In this document: positions 36,035 through 45,051 of the stretch, in pieces | Layout: each line of letters begins with the position of its first letter | Position numbering within the stretch: position 1 is the stretch's first letter | NCBI GenBank assembly: GCA_024635455.1 | Contig: JAGXIU010000002.1 | Span: 172,309-236,308 of the forward strand | Length of the DNA stretch: 64,000 nt | Reading direction: 5' to 3' | Origin: Candidatus Saccharimonadota bacterium | GTDB taxonomy: Bacteria; Patescibacteriota; Saccharimonadia; Saccharimonadales; SLHW01 | Notes under the pieces: model-generated | What the model was told of the DNA's origin: nothing | Database searches by the model: none | The model's input: the letters and a program-made list of their open reading frames with translations, nothing else | Translations under genes and position numbers: made by a program

Positions 36035-36835
36035 TTATGCGGTCATTTCTTCTTTGGCTTGGGTGACTTCACGTAGAATTTCACTGGCAGCATATTTCGG
36101 CACGCGGCGATCTTCGGCTCGTGTGACATTGCGGCCAAGCATGAGGTAGTCTGCGCCACGCTGGATTGCTTCAGCCGGTCGAGCGGTTCGTTTTTGGTCG
36201 ACTGGTATCTTGCTCCAAGCGGGAGTGATGCTGCCAACAGCGACGAGCAGGTCACTTAAGTCACGGTCTTCTCGTATGACGTTGAGCTCGTGGGCAGAGC
36301 ACAGAACGCCGTCCAGGCCACTGTCACGTGCCATTCGGGCAAATTGTAGTACTTTTTTATCAGGTCTATCACCGAATATTGATACGCTTTCACTGCCATC
36401 AAGCGAGGTCAGTACGGTGGCTCCGAGCAGCCCACCGATGAGGTGTCTTTTGGAGCGCATAAAGACATTGTCGATATTATCTCGCCCGCGGTCACGTCCG
36501 GCAACTGCTTGCTCGAGCATGGCCGGACCGCCACTGGCGTGAACAGTAATAAATGCCGCTCCTGTTTCGGTTATATTCTGGGTGTGTGCGCCAACTGCTT
36601 TCGGTGTATTGTGCAACATAGCATCAGCTACAGTCAGCATACCGAGAGATGAGATAGCCTGAACGGCCGATCGCCAGCCTTCTTTATCTGCCAGCGAGTT
36701 TATCTTTGCCATGCCGATGTATGGCTTGGTCTGGCTCATGATGGAGTTGGCTTCATCCCAGGTCATATTATCGAGCCCGAGTATCAGGTGATCTTTGGGT
36801 TCTTTTATGGCTTTTCGGTATGTTTCAGCAGACAC
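36035..36835 (-). CDS. Orotidine-5'-phosphate decarboxylase-family protein with a divergent active-site motif
   Basis: Collinear with type-1 PyrF (ILGLD..., ITVHASGG, LDGVLCSAHE, GRNVTRAED). The DxKxxD motif reads DAMLHN, so Lys is replaced by Met and the second Asp by Asn. Confidence 0.65.
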   Translation of the reverse strand: MSAETYRKAIKEPKDHLILGLDNMTWDEANSIMSQTKPYIGMAKINSLADKEGWRSAVQAISSLGMLTVADAMLHNTPKAVGAHTQNITETGAAFITVHASGGPAMLEQAVAGRDRGRDNIDNVFMRSKRHLIGGLLGATVLTSLDGSESVSIFGDRPDKKVLQFARMARDSGLDGVLCSAHELNVIREDRDLSDLLVAVGSITPAWSKIPVDQKRTARPAEAIQRGADYLMLGRNVTRAEDRRVPKYAASEILREVTQAKEEMTA

Positions 36836-36881
36836 AGTGCCTCACTTTCTCCACCAATATGTTGTAAGTAGAGTATATCAC

Positions 36882-37367
36882 CTAGAATTCGTGCACTGTT
36901 TGCACTTCGTGGCGTAGGAGCTTATTCTGAGCGTTAAAGCTAAAATCACCGATGACTTTTTTGCCCCCGAGCACTTGTGGAAGCCAATATGGATCATCTT
37001 CCCACATATCTTCATACGGAATCTCTGCTAGCTTAAACCATTTGGGTGACATCTCTTCTGTCTCAGTTGGCTCACCATCCCATTCAGTAGCAATGAAAGT
37101 CGTGACGTACATATCTGGTTGTGGCGGCTTACTCTCAGCAAAAACAAAGTTAAGCTCAGCGACTTTTTGTATGTTGCGTGGCGTTACGGTGACCTCCTCT
37201 TGGCATTCTCGCACGGCGGCTTGCTCGATTGTCTCGCCGGGGTCAAGCTTGCCTCCAACTCCGTTGTACAGGCCGGCACCGAAACCGCGCTTCTTCATGG
37301 CGAGGAGCACTTCATCGTCTTTTAGCAGGAACAGTAGGGTTACGTGTAATTTGTCAGGTTGCTGCAT
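36882..37367 (-). CDS. NUDIX hydrolase (MutT-like)
   Basis: NUDIX box GGKLDPGETIEQAAVRECQEEV. Confidence 0.85.
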   Translation of the reverse strand: MQQPDKLHVTLLFLLKDDEVLLAMKKRGFGAGLYNGVGGKLDPGETIEQAAVRECQEEVTVTPRNIQKVAELNFVFAESKPPQPDMYVTTFIATEWDGEPTETEEMSPKWFKLAEIPYEDMWEDDPYWLPQVLGGKKVIGDFSFNAQNKLLRHEVQTVHEF

Positions 37368-37421
37368 GTTCTCTTAAGTATACGAGAAGCCTCGGCTCGA
37401 ACAAACCACAATCAATTATGG

Positions 37422-38102
37422 TTATAAAAAACTATGAGCGACGAGCACTAGCAGCCACGACACTATAATTAGACCGGTTGCACTTATGAGACTGAGTGCT
37501 TGTCTGGTATTAGTGCTTATTTCTTGCTTCCGAATACGAGGTACAAGTTTAGTAGCAATAACAAGCGTGATAAATAGAGGGGCAAGCGTTGTGGCTACAG
37601 CAGCGAGCAGTAGAAGTATTGCTGGCAAGCTAATACTCAACAGTAGTTCATTCGTAAGCAACTGTTGCTGTTGCCCATAAAATATCGGTTCAATCATGCC
37701 GATCAAAAAACCGATAAGCAACATCACCCATAGTGGTATAGGGTTAGCTGCGAGTCGCCTGATATTTTCGGATAGACGAGTAAGCTCAGCAGGGAATGAT
37801 ACCTGTTTGTGCTCCATATAAGTCTGCACCATCCGTAAGTAGAGTAGGACGAGTATCAGCGTAACTAGAAGCGTAAGGTATGCTCGGATGTCACTGAGTA
37901 GTCCGGGCAAGATTGCTCCGTACGCAAGTTGACCTATGTAGGCAAGGCCTACACCAGCCACAAAAGCCAATCCAAGGGAGCGTAATAGGCTCGTTGAACG
38001 AATATACACAGTGGCGATGAGTAGCATGCAGAGCAGGGCTAATAGCTGGATCATGTGCTGGGCTACAGAGCTGATAAGTTCGGTGGTAGACACGAGTATC
38101 AT
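37422..38102 (-). CDS. Hypothetical polytopic membrane protein
   Basis: About six hydrophobic segments. The start overlaps the stop of the upstream gene (ATGA). Confidence 0.5.
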   Translation of the reverse strand: MILVSTTELISSVAQHMIQLLALLCMLLIATVYIRSTSLLRSLGLAFVAGVGLAYIGQLAYGAILPGLLSDIRAYLTLLVTLILVLLYLRMVQTYMEHKQVSFPAELTRLSENIRRLAANPIPLWVMLLIGFLIGMIEPIFYGQQQQLLTNELLLSISLPAILLLLAAVATTLAPLFITLVIATKLVPRIRKQEISTNTRQALSLISATGLIIVSWLLVLVAHSFL

Positions 38103-38992
38103 AGCGATTGCTCCTGCGGCGTAATTTCTTGGTATGAGCAGAGCTGATCATCGATGCGGCTAACGCCGAAGGCGGCGCAACGTAGGTTGTCTCGTAGGCC
38201 GTAGCTTGGGCACAGCTTGTCGGTGGTGTTCTTTGGTTGACTAAACTCAACGATAACGCAGTCTCCAGGAGGAACCGATTGATTGCTCGATAATACATAG
38301 TCAGCTGGGTTATCTAGTTTTTGCTGCCGGTAGGTTTTTGCTTGCCTATCTGCAGTGTAGACAAATACCTGTAACTCGGTTTCGTTTGTCTCGGGGCAAC
38401 GTTGACCATCTGTGATATCGAGCAACGTCGCGCCTGAATCGTCGTTGCGTAGCATATGTTGCTCGATAAATCCTATGTCTAAAGCGCCCTGCGGATCGCC
38501 GTCGATCCACTGTTGCGAGGCGAGCCAACTCGCTGAGTCGTCCTTTAGAGGGATTGTTATGCTTTCACTCTGTATCTCACCGCCAATAGCCTGCATATAA
38601 GCGCCAAGGCTGGCGGTTGACGATGTATTATCAACAAAGCCAGAAACAGATATGCGTTTGCCGTCTTGGGAGAACTGTCGGCCACTGTCTATGTAGGCTG
38701 TATTCGGTTTGATTTCTGTATTACACACCCAAAACTCAATCTCGGCTTGGCTATGGCCGTTGCCACTAGAGTCTGAGGTTGTCTGCAGCAAAATAGTGGA
38801 TAACAGTAGTACAGTGGTAGCCACGAAAGTGATTGCACTAAATCCATAGAATACAAATGCCTTGAGCTGATATTTATGATGGAGCATAAAAAATACCAAG
38901 CCGACCAACAACGTACTAGCTAAAACGATGCTGTCGGTAGATACTGACTGCATTACTGGTTCAAGCGTGTTGCCAAGTAGCCATGGATTCAC
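38099..38992 (-). CDS. Hypothetical membrane-anchored protein
   Basis: Two N-terminal TM segments followed by a soluble Cys-containing domain. Confidence 0.5.
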   Translation of the reverse strand: MNPWLLGNTLEPVMQSVSTDSIVLASTLLVGLVFFMLHHKYQLKAFVFYGFSAITFVATTVLLLSTILLQTTSDSSGNGHSQAEIEFWVCNTEIKPNTAYIDSGRQFSQDGKRISVSGFVDNTSSTASLGAYMQAIGGEIQSESITIPLKDDSASWLASQQWIDGDPQGALDIGFIEQHMLRNDDSGATLLDITDGQRCPETNETELQVFVYTADRQAKTYRQQKLDNPADYVLSSNQSVPPGDCVIVEFSQPKNTTDKLCPSYGLRDNLRCAAFGVSRIDDQLCSYQEITPQEQSL

Positions 38993-39079
38993 GTATGTTG
39001 CCCACCTTTCATTATCTATAAACTATAGCATAAGTACAGATACGTGACAGTGGTATTACTGCGCTATAATGGTAGCAAT

Positions 39080-39532
39080 ATGCTAGGAAAATTACGCGCC
39101 ATCAAGCTCAAGCCGATTATCGACGCACTCCGCGATACTAGAGTGATTGGTGCGATTGGGTTTGGCGTGATAGCGCTCTTAGTTAGCTGGAGTAGTGTTG
39201 GAGTAATCCAGCAGAACTTTACCTTGCAGCAACAGATTGCTCAGCTCGAGAACGAGATTACTATTCAAGGGCTCGAGAATGCCAATCTAGAGCTACGAAA
39301 CGAATACTATAACACCGATAAGTATCTGGAATTGCAGGCTCGACGCCAGTTTGGTTTGGCTGCTCCAGGAGAAACAGTTCTGACTGTACCGGAGCGTATT
39401 GCACTGGAGCACAGCGTAGAAGTGGCAGACGAGTCTGATGCATCTCAGCAAGTGCAAACTGACAAAGCGTGGTATCAACAAAATCTAGAAGCCTGGGGTG
39501 AATTTTTCTTTCGTGGTTTTCGCGAGCAATAG
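39080..39532 (+). CDS. Septum formation initiator (FtsB/DivIC-like) protein
   Basis: One TM segment (VIGAIGFGVIALLVSW) followed by a coiled coil (QQQIAQLENEITIQGLENANLELRNE...ELQARRQFGL). The track start at 39044 is also possible. Confidence 0.6.
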   Translation: MLGKLRAIKLKPIIDALRDTRVIGAIGFGVIALLVSWSSVGVIQQNFTLQQQIAQLENEITIQGLENANLELRNEYYNTDKYLELQARRQFGLAAPGETVLTVPERIALEHSVEVADESDASQQVQTDKAWYQQNLEAWGEFFFRGFREQ

Positions 39533-39618
39533 AAGGCAATTGACTGTTACCCTATTCTCTGGTAATATTGCTAACTGTTGCAAAAGCTGAAAACCTATAT
39601 CCGTTAATCGGATACTAA

Positions 39619-39693
39619 CGCGGGGTGGAGCAGCGGCAGCTCGCGTGGCTCATAACCACGAGGTCGCAGGTTCGAGTCCTGCCCCCGCTACCA
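39619..39693 (+). tRNA. Initiator-type tRNA-fMet (CAU), CCA encoded
   Basis: CGCGGGGTGGAGCAGC... is nearly identical at the 5' end to E. coli tRNA-fMet. There is a C1:U72 mismatch at the top of the acceptor stem. T arm is GCAGG-TTCGAGT-CCTGC. Confidence 0.9.
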
Positions 39694-39698
39694 AGAAA
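39676..39698 (+). repeat. att-like direct repeat, copy 1 (tRNA-fMet 3' end, GTCCTGCCCCCGCTACCAAGAAA)
   Basis: Identical 23-mer at 39882-39904; 14-17 nt of it recur at 45052-45068. Confidence 0.8.
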
Positions 39699-39701
39699 AA
39701 C

Positions 39702-39727
39702 GACTCACCGAATGGTGGGTCTTTTTT
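39702..39727 (+). terminator. Rho-independent terminator after tRNA-fMet
   Basis: GACTCACC-gaat-GGTGGGTC followed by T6. Confidence 0.7.
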
Positions 39728-39881
39728 CTTGTTGGACAGCCCTCGAGCCTGCGACGCAGATTTTGCCTAAGCAAAATATGCTAGTCGCAGCGTTCGGTGG
39801 AATGAAGCCACGCGCAGGAGCTGGCTCCGAGCATGGCTGAGTGGAGATGAAGCAGAGCGATATAATCGCCCGGCCTGAATT

Positions 39882-39904
39882 GTCCTGCCCCCGCTACCAA
39901 GAAA
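39882..39904 (+). repeat. att-like direct repeat, copy 2
   Basis: Exact 23-nt copy of the tRNA-fMet 3' end plus 5 nt of flank, followed by its own hairpin and T-run (GACTTTTCAGACGCTGGAAGGTCTTTTTT). Confidence 0.8.
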
Positions 39905-40328
39905 GACTTTTCAGACGCTGGAAGGTCTTTTTTAGTGGGTACGTATCTGTAGAGTGGACTCATTTCACTGGTTCCAAACTTACGTGTCTCTGGGGCGTAC
40001 ACCAAACCCTTTGGAGTCAACACACTTTGGAACCATTATACCTTAATTGCTCACGAGCTATAAGGTGTAAATTATGTATGAATTCTCGCAGTTGGGTGTC
40101 TGAGTACTTATCAGAACTCTTGCCGAGAACTCGTCTTGCTTTGCTTTTAGGGACGAACTGTTCCATAAAAAACCGCTCCTTGTAGATAAATTAATTAAAT
40201 AATTTATCGATTTCGGAACGGTATGACCCAGGCTTTACCCCTTTGGTCAGCTCTTGGCTCGATGCGCCACCTTAGCGTGTTTATCTAATAACTATAATTA
40301 TACCATATTTATTGATATAATTCATTTA

Positions 40329-41081
40329 ATGAAGTCAGCAAAAAAGAAGAAGGTCTCTACTCGTAAGAGATTAAACTCTAGACTCAAGCAAATGAATAAG
40401 ACTAAGCATCTTGCCGTAGCTGTAGCTTTAATTGTACTTTTTAGTGTCGGTATAGTATTCGGCTTAGATAAAATCCGAGAAAACAACCCTGTTACAGTAC
40501 AGAGTACAGAGATTAACGATAGTGTGCCCGAGAATGAAGTAGATATTACTTTTAACACTCCATGGCCCCCTACAGAAGCACAAAAAGCTTGTTATGTTCG
40601 TCTTGAGGAAGAACGTCTAAGAGGCGTAATTTTAGAAACTGTGTACTGCGGAGGTACTGGAGAGTATATTGCCACAGATTCAAATGGTGAACAATACATC
40701 TACAAGACCGAACAAGCTACTCCGGTAGAAAGTAGCCCTCAAAAAGATACTCAGTGTTACGAAAATGTAATTCCTCACGCGACAAAAGAAATTCCTGCTG
40801 ATTGGCTTTATGTTGGTGAGACTCTAGTCACCATTACTGGATATGACGGAGTTGAGACAATATGCATTAAAAATGGGCTCAAAGATGTTGTTTATAGCAC
40901 TCCAGTGATAGACGCACAGAAGTACATTGGTACTAAGATTCGTGAAATTCCACAAACACCGGAGACATACTCATACGAAGAGGCCTTGTCAGATGCTAAA
41001 TATGCATGTAGAGGCAATCAACCAGATTCAACTGATATGACTGATTGCATAAGAAAAAAAATGAATGAGTACGGGTTCTAA
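40329..41081 (+). CDS. Hypothetical membrane-anchored protein
   Basis: Lys-rich N-terminus, TM segment LAVAVALIVLFSVGIVFG, Cys-containing extracytoplasmic domain. I prefer the ATG at 40329 over the track start at 40254. Confidence 0.5.
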   Translation: MKSAKKKKVSTRKRLNSRLKQMNKTKHLAVAVALIVLFSVGIVFGLDKIRENNPVTVQSTEINDSVPENEVDITFNTPWPPTEAQKACYVRLEEERLRGVILETVYCGGTGEYIATDSNGEQYIYKTEQATPVESSPQKDTQCYENVIPHATKEIPADWLYVGETLVTITGYDGVETICIKNGLKDVVYSTPVIDAQKYIGTKIREIPQTPETYSYEEALSDAKYACRGNQPDSTDMTDCIRKKMNEYGF

Positions 41082-41357
41082 CACCTGAAGCCTACGTCTA
41101 GGTGTAGTTTATTCTTATATAAAGGTCCTATGGGAACCCTCAAATACTAGGGGGATGGGATAAATATATCTATCTATTCATGTTATTAATTCTCTACTTT
41201 ATTTATACGTGCTCCCTTATTGTGTGAGAGTAAACAAGTTGGTAAGCAATCTGATGCCGTGACTATCTTTTTGTCCATATAAGCATAAGGCATACCTTTT
41301 TAATCTTGTGTTAGGTATAATTTTACTAATAATTCAAAAAAAGGATTTTGTAAAATA

Positions 41358-42203
41358 ATGGCTGGCAGACATTTTTCAACGCACGAAAGCAACAGTGATG
41401 TCATTGATGCCTTGCATGATGGTGTACCCAGTTGGATGAAGCGTTCAATAGATAGCTGGATACGCGAGGAGATAGCAAAAGGCAGTGGATATGCTGGAGT
41501 GGTTGCAAACGTCAATACCATAGAGAGGCTAGAGAGGCTTTTACGTGTGAGTTTGATTGGAACAGATAGCCTATACAAGATGCTAGGAAGTTTATTTAGT
41601 CGTTTAGATGTCAATGAAGACCTCAAGCTTGATGTTGTTGACGGATTACTGCAGATTGGAACTCCTTTAACAAATAACGTCAGAGAACTGGATAATATTC
41701 TTGAGCAATCTGGCTCTAAGTGGAAAGTTGCAACAAACGAGGGTACACCTAAACTAGAAGAGAGGGTAGATGATTCTGTAATAGTCGCAATGGATGATCT
41801 AGCGACACAGACTGGAGACGCCAGTAAGTACATGAGGTTAGCTTGGAATGAAGCATTTGGGCGTAACCCGAACCCTTCGTCAGCATATAGCAATGTCGTT
41901 AAGGCTGTTGAGGCTGCTACTTGGGGAACTGTCACTCCAAATAATAGCAGGGCTACGTTGGGAACAATTATTGGGGAACTAAAAAATAATCCTGAAAATT
42001 ACAAAATTTCTATTAAGGAAGATAGTCAATACAAAGGTATAAAAACAATCACACAAGACTTGTCTTTAATTTGGAGAGGGCAAACTGACAGACACGGTAC
42101 TTCAAACCCTGTCGCACCAACCCAAGAAGCTGCAGAACAAGCAATATTTTCAGGCTTATCTACATGTCAGCAATTTACTAGAGGTCTTATTTCACACACC
42201 TAG
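41358..42203 (+). CDS. Hypothetical cytoplasmic protein (281 aa), island cargo
   Basis: Intact ORF with no TM segment. It contains WRGQTDRHG (an Rx5H spacing), but there is no firm domain assignment. Confidence 0.5.
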   Translation: MAGRHFSTHESNSDVIDALHDGVPSWMKRSIDSWIREEIAKGSGYAGVVANVNTIERLERLLRVSLIGTDSLYKMLGSLFSRLDVNEDLKLDVVDGLLQIGTPLTNNVRELDNILEQSGSKWKVATNEGTPKLEERVDDSVIVAMDDLATQTGDASKYMRLAWNEAFGRNPNPSSAYSNVVKAVEAATWGTVTPNNSRATLGTIIGELKNNPENYKISIKEDSQYKGIKTITQDLSLIWRGQTDRHGTSNPVAPTQEAAEQAIFSGLSTCQQFTRGLISHT

Positions 42204-42312
42204 AAAGCTAATTTAGGCAACTCAGAGCAGTCTTTCCAACGTTACAATTTATATACTAAGAAAAGCCCTACTAAAGTCTTGTAACTTAAAGCTTTGTGAA
42301 ATTTGGTATGAT

Positions 42313-42666
42313 TTGTATATGAGTAATGTAAATGAACTACAGAAACTAGTAACTGAGTTTAGAGATGCGCGTGACTGGAAACAGTTTCACAACCCTAAAG
42401 ACATGGCTATATCACTTGTTCTAGAAGCTTCTGAGTTTCTAGAACACTACCAATGGAAATCAGAAGAAGAAATAAATAAGCACATGCTTGAAAATAAGTC
42501 TCAACTTGCTGACGAACTTGCAGATGTTATGTATTGGGTGCTATTACTGGCTAATGATTTAAACATTGACTTGACTAAGCAGTTCAAGTCTAAACTAGAG
42601 GAGAACGCTGTTAAATACCCTGTTAATAAAGCTAAGGGCAACCATAAAAAGTACACGGAGTTATAA
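42313..42666 (+). CDS. DCTPP1/RS21-C6-like MazG-family nucleotide pyrophosphohydrolase
   Basis: FRDARDWKQFHNPKDMAISLVLEASEFLEHYQW and LADELADVMYWVLLLA helices. The stop overlaps the next start (TAATG). Confidence 0.8.
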   Translation: MYMSNVNELQKLVTEFRDARDWKQFHNPKDMAISLVLEASEFLEHYQWKSEEEINKHMLENKSQLADELADVMYWVLLLANDLNIDLTKQFKSKLEENAVKYPVNKAKGNHKKYTEL

Positions 42667-43636
42667 TGTCTAATCTGATCATACAACCTGCAAGTGATAA
42701 AAATGCTAGACAGCATTTTGTCGATACTGTACTTAACCCTGTTCCTTTAAGTCGTATTCAAAAACATCTAGATGCTGAGACGATGCAGAAACTAGAGAAA
42801 CTATACAAAGGAAATGAGATACCTGTGTGGGGATTCACTCCTGCAGGTAGCAACATAGGTAAATGGAACAGGATTGAGAAGGGTGATGTCGCTCTTTTTC
42901 TTCGGCAGAAATTTGCCTTTGCATCCAGTACCGTTGCTTTTAAGCTACACAACCACAATCTAGCCGTTGTGAACTCTGGGGTTATGACGACAAACAACGC
43001 ACGTGGGAGTACTTATATTTTCTAGATGAAGTACAAAGCCAAAAAGTATCTTATGAACGTCTAAATGAGCTGCTTGCCTATGCTGCATATAATAACTTTC
43101 AGCAATCTCTTGTGCTTAACGAAGAGAAAAGCAATCCTGTTATTTCAGCTTTAGAGTTAGAAAGTGCAGTTTATGAACCTGTCCCAACGCGAGATGAATA
43201 TCTCAAGGCTATCGAGCCCTCAGAAGACACAGCCCTGGACAAGACAGTAACAACTAAGGCTCGCACAGAGCAAGCATATCTTCGTAACATTAACTTCAAG
43301 CAAAGTAAGTATGTTGATTGCGGCATATGTCACAGAGAATTCCCTGTTACATTTCTAGTCGCTGCGCACATTAAAAAACGTAGTGACTGTTCAGACGAAG
43401 AAAGACGTGACTACAACCATATTTCTATGCCTATGTGTAAGTTTGGGTGTGATGAATTGTATGAGAAGGGTTATATCGGAGTTGATAAAAATGTATTTGT
43501 CATAAAAGACGAAAATTTATCTAGTACAGTTCTGGAGCACCTGTCTTCAGTTGATGGAAATGAATGTAATCATTGGAATTCAAATACAGTAGATTACTTT
43601 AAATGGCATAATGATCGAATGAAACTAGTCGGCTAG
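42666..43636 (+). pseudogene. Frameshifted gene: N-terminal uncharacterised beta-rich domain fused to a C-terminal HNH_2-type nuclease
   Basis: ORF 42666..43025 and ORF 43112..43636 join if one base is restored near 42962-42975. The alternate frame reads ...ELWGYDDKQRTWEYLYFLDEVQSQKVSYERLNELL... straight into LNEEKSNPV.... The HNH_2 pattern is CGICHREFPVTFLVAAHIKKRSDC...CKFGCDELYEKGYIGVD. Confidence 0.65.
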
Positions 43637-43668
43637 ATGGGTTTGCGATAGCTTGGTTTTGTCGCTCA

Positions 43669-44169
43669 TTAGTTGTCCGTAGCGTCATACACCGTATTAC
43701 CGCTTATTGCTAAATGCTTTACCACTACCTTGTCTCCCTCTGTAGCTACGTCACAAACAAACAATATACTGCTATCGGTGGTCTTATCCTTGCCATTCCA
43801 CTGTAACGATTTTGTACCGTCGCCCATATCAGTGAAGTAGGGCCTATATGAAAAAGTTACAATGCTAGTATTTTCTAGGTTTATGTAGTTTTGTAAAAAG
43901 TTAGCATCTTGGCATACGTTCTCGGCGTCAGGTTGACTAATCTCTTTAGGCTTGGGTTGCTCTTGAGCCTGTGGTTTTGGTTCTTCGACAGTTTTTTGCT
44001 CGGTCTTGGTAGTCTCCTTTGGATTATTGTCGCCGCTACCAGTAATAACACCAACAATGCCTGAAATGATAGCTAAGGCGATAAAGCCAATAATCACAAC
44101 ACCCATTAAACCTATGGTTTTTTCTACCTTGCTCATTTCGTTCCAGTTTTTACGCTTTTGTTTAGCCAT
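43669..44169 (-). CDS. Hypothetical membrane-anchored protein
   Basis: TM segment IGLMGVVIIGFIALAIISGIVGVI followed by a Lys/Glu/Pro-rich linker. Confidence 0.5.
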   Translation of the reverse strand: MAKQKRKNWNEMSKVEKTIGLMGVVIIGFIALAIISGIVGVITGSGDNNPKETTKTEQKTVEEPKPQAQEQPKPKEISQPDAENVCQDANFLQNYINLENTSIVTFSYRPYFTDMGDGTKSLQWNGKDKTTDSSILFVCDVATEGDKVVVKHLAISGNTVYDATDN

Positions 44170-44181
44170 TATATAAACTCC

Positions 44182-44463
44182 TCACTTGTTGTATTTACTA
44201 ACTCGTTTGTCATTTTTATTTTTTTTCTTTGAGTTAAGTCCAGCTAATAGTCTCGTGTTATAAATTAATCCCCCAATTACAGGGATTATCAAAAAAGGTA
44301 CTACTACAAGCCATATATTGCCGAATGCCCAAGTAATATACATTACTAAAAACATAAGAAAACGTTTGAAGTTTTTTAACAAACCCTGCGTTTTTTCGTT
44401 GTCGCTATATAGGGTCAGAGACAACACAAAAAATACTACCCATGAAATGTATACAATCTGCAT
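44182..44463 (-). CDS. Hypothetical small membrane protein (93 aa)
   Basis: Three hydrophobic segments and a basic tail. Confidence 0.45.
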   Translation of the reverse strand: MQIVYISWVVFFVLSLTLYSDNEKTQGLLKNFKRFLMFLVMYITWAFGNIWLVVVPFLIIPVIGGLIYNTRLLAGLNSKKKNKNDKRVSKYNK

Positions 44464-44604
44464 ACGCTAGCTTCTCCTTCTAACATAACTACATACTACT
44501 CCGTAAGTAATATAGGTGCCAAGCCTAATCATTCGGGCGGGGTCGTTCGGTTATACCTCTTGCTATTGTGCGAGAGTATTAATATTTACATACTTTACGT
44601 CAAG

Positions 44605-44622
44605 AAAAAAAAAAGGGGGGGG
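44605..44622. repeat. A10G8 homopolymer junction
   Basis: AAAAAAAAAAGGGGGGGG read directly. It lies about 140 nt upstream of the minus-strand gene that starts at 44463. Confidence 0.9.
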
Positions 44623-45051
44623 TTGCTGGGATAGAATGCCTAGTCGCTACGCTCGGGCAGTTCTAGTCCCAGCTGCCTGTCTAAGTAGCCAGAGGTAGAA
44701 CAACCTTAACTTGAATCCACCGTTTTAGCTCGGTACAGATTTCGTTCCAATTCGAACGTACTTGGGCTACCGGAATGACAGATCAGCCAGCCTGCTGATG
44801 AGCAAAGCTCATCACTCCGCTGGCTTTTTTATTTCTGGCGGTGTCAAAATTTCCAGTGCTCCCTCTACGTATTACTTATACGTTTCGGTCTGCGCTTCAA
44901 TTTTTCCTAGCCAGAAATAAAATCTGCTAATTCTGGTACGGAGACAGGACGAGAACCTGAAATTTTTGCGTAGCAAAAAAAAGGTTCGGGCGCCAACGAA
45001 GTTGCCCGCAGAAATGTATTTCGAGGACAACGAGTGCGTATGAGCAAAGCG

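Noticed and set aside
41300-41935. 211-aa minus-strand ORF antisense to the 281-aa island protein.
   Set aside because: The composition is Ser/Leu/Thr-rich and low-complexity, and there is no RBS. The plus-strand ORF has a more protein-like composition and fits the operon orientation.
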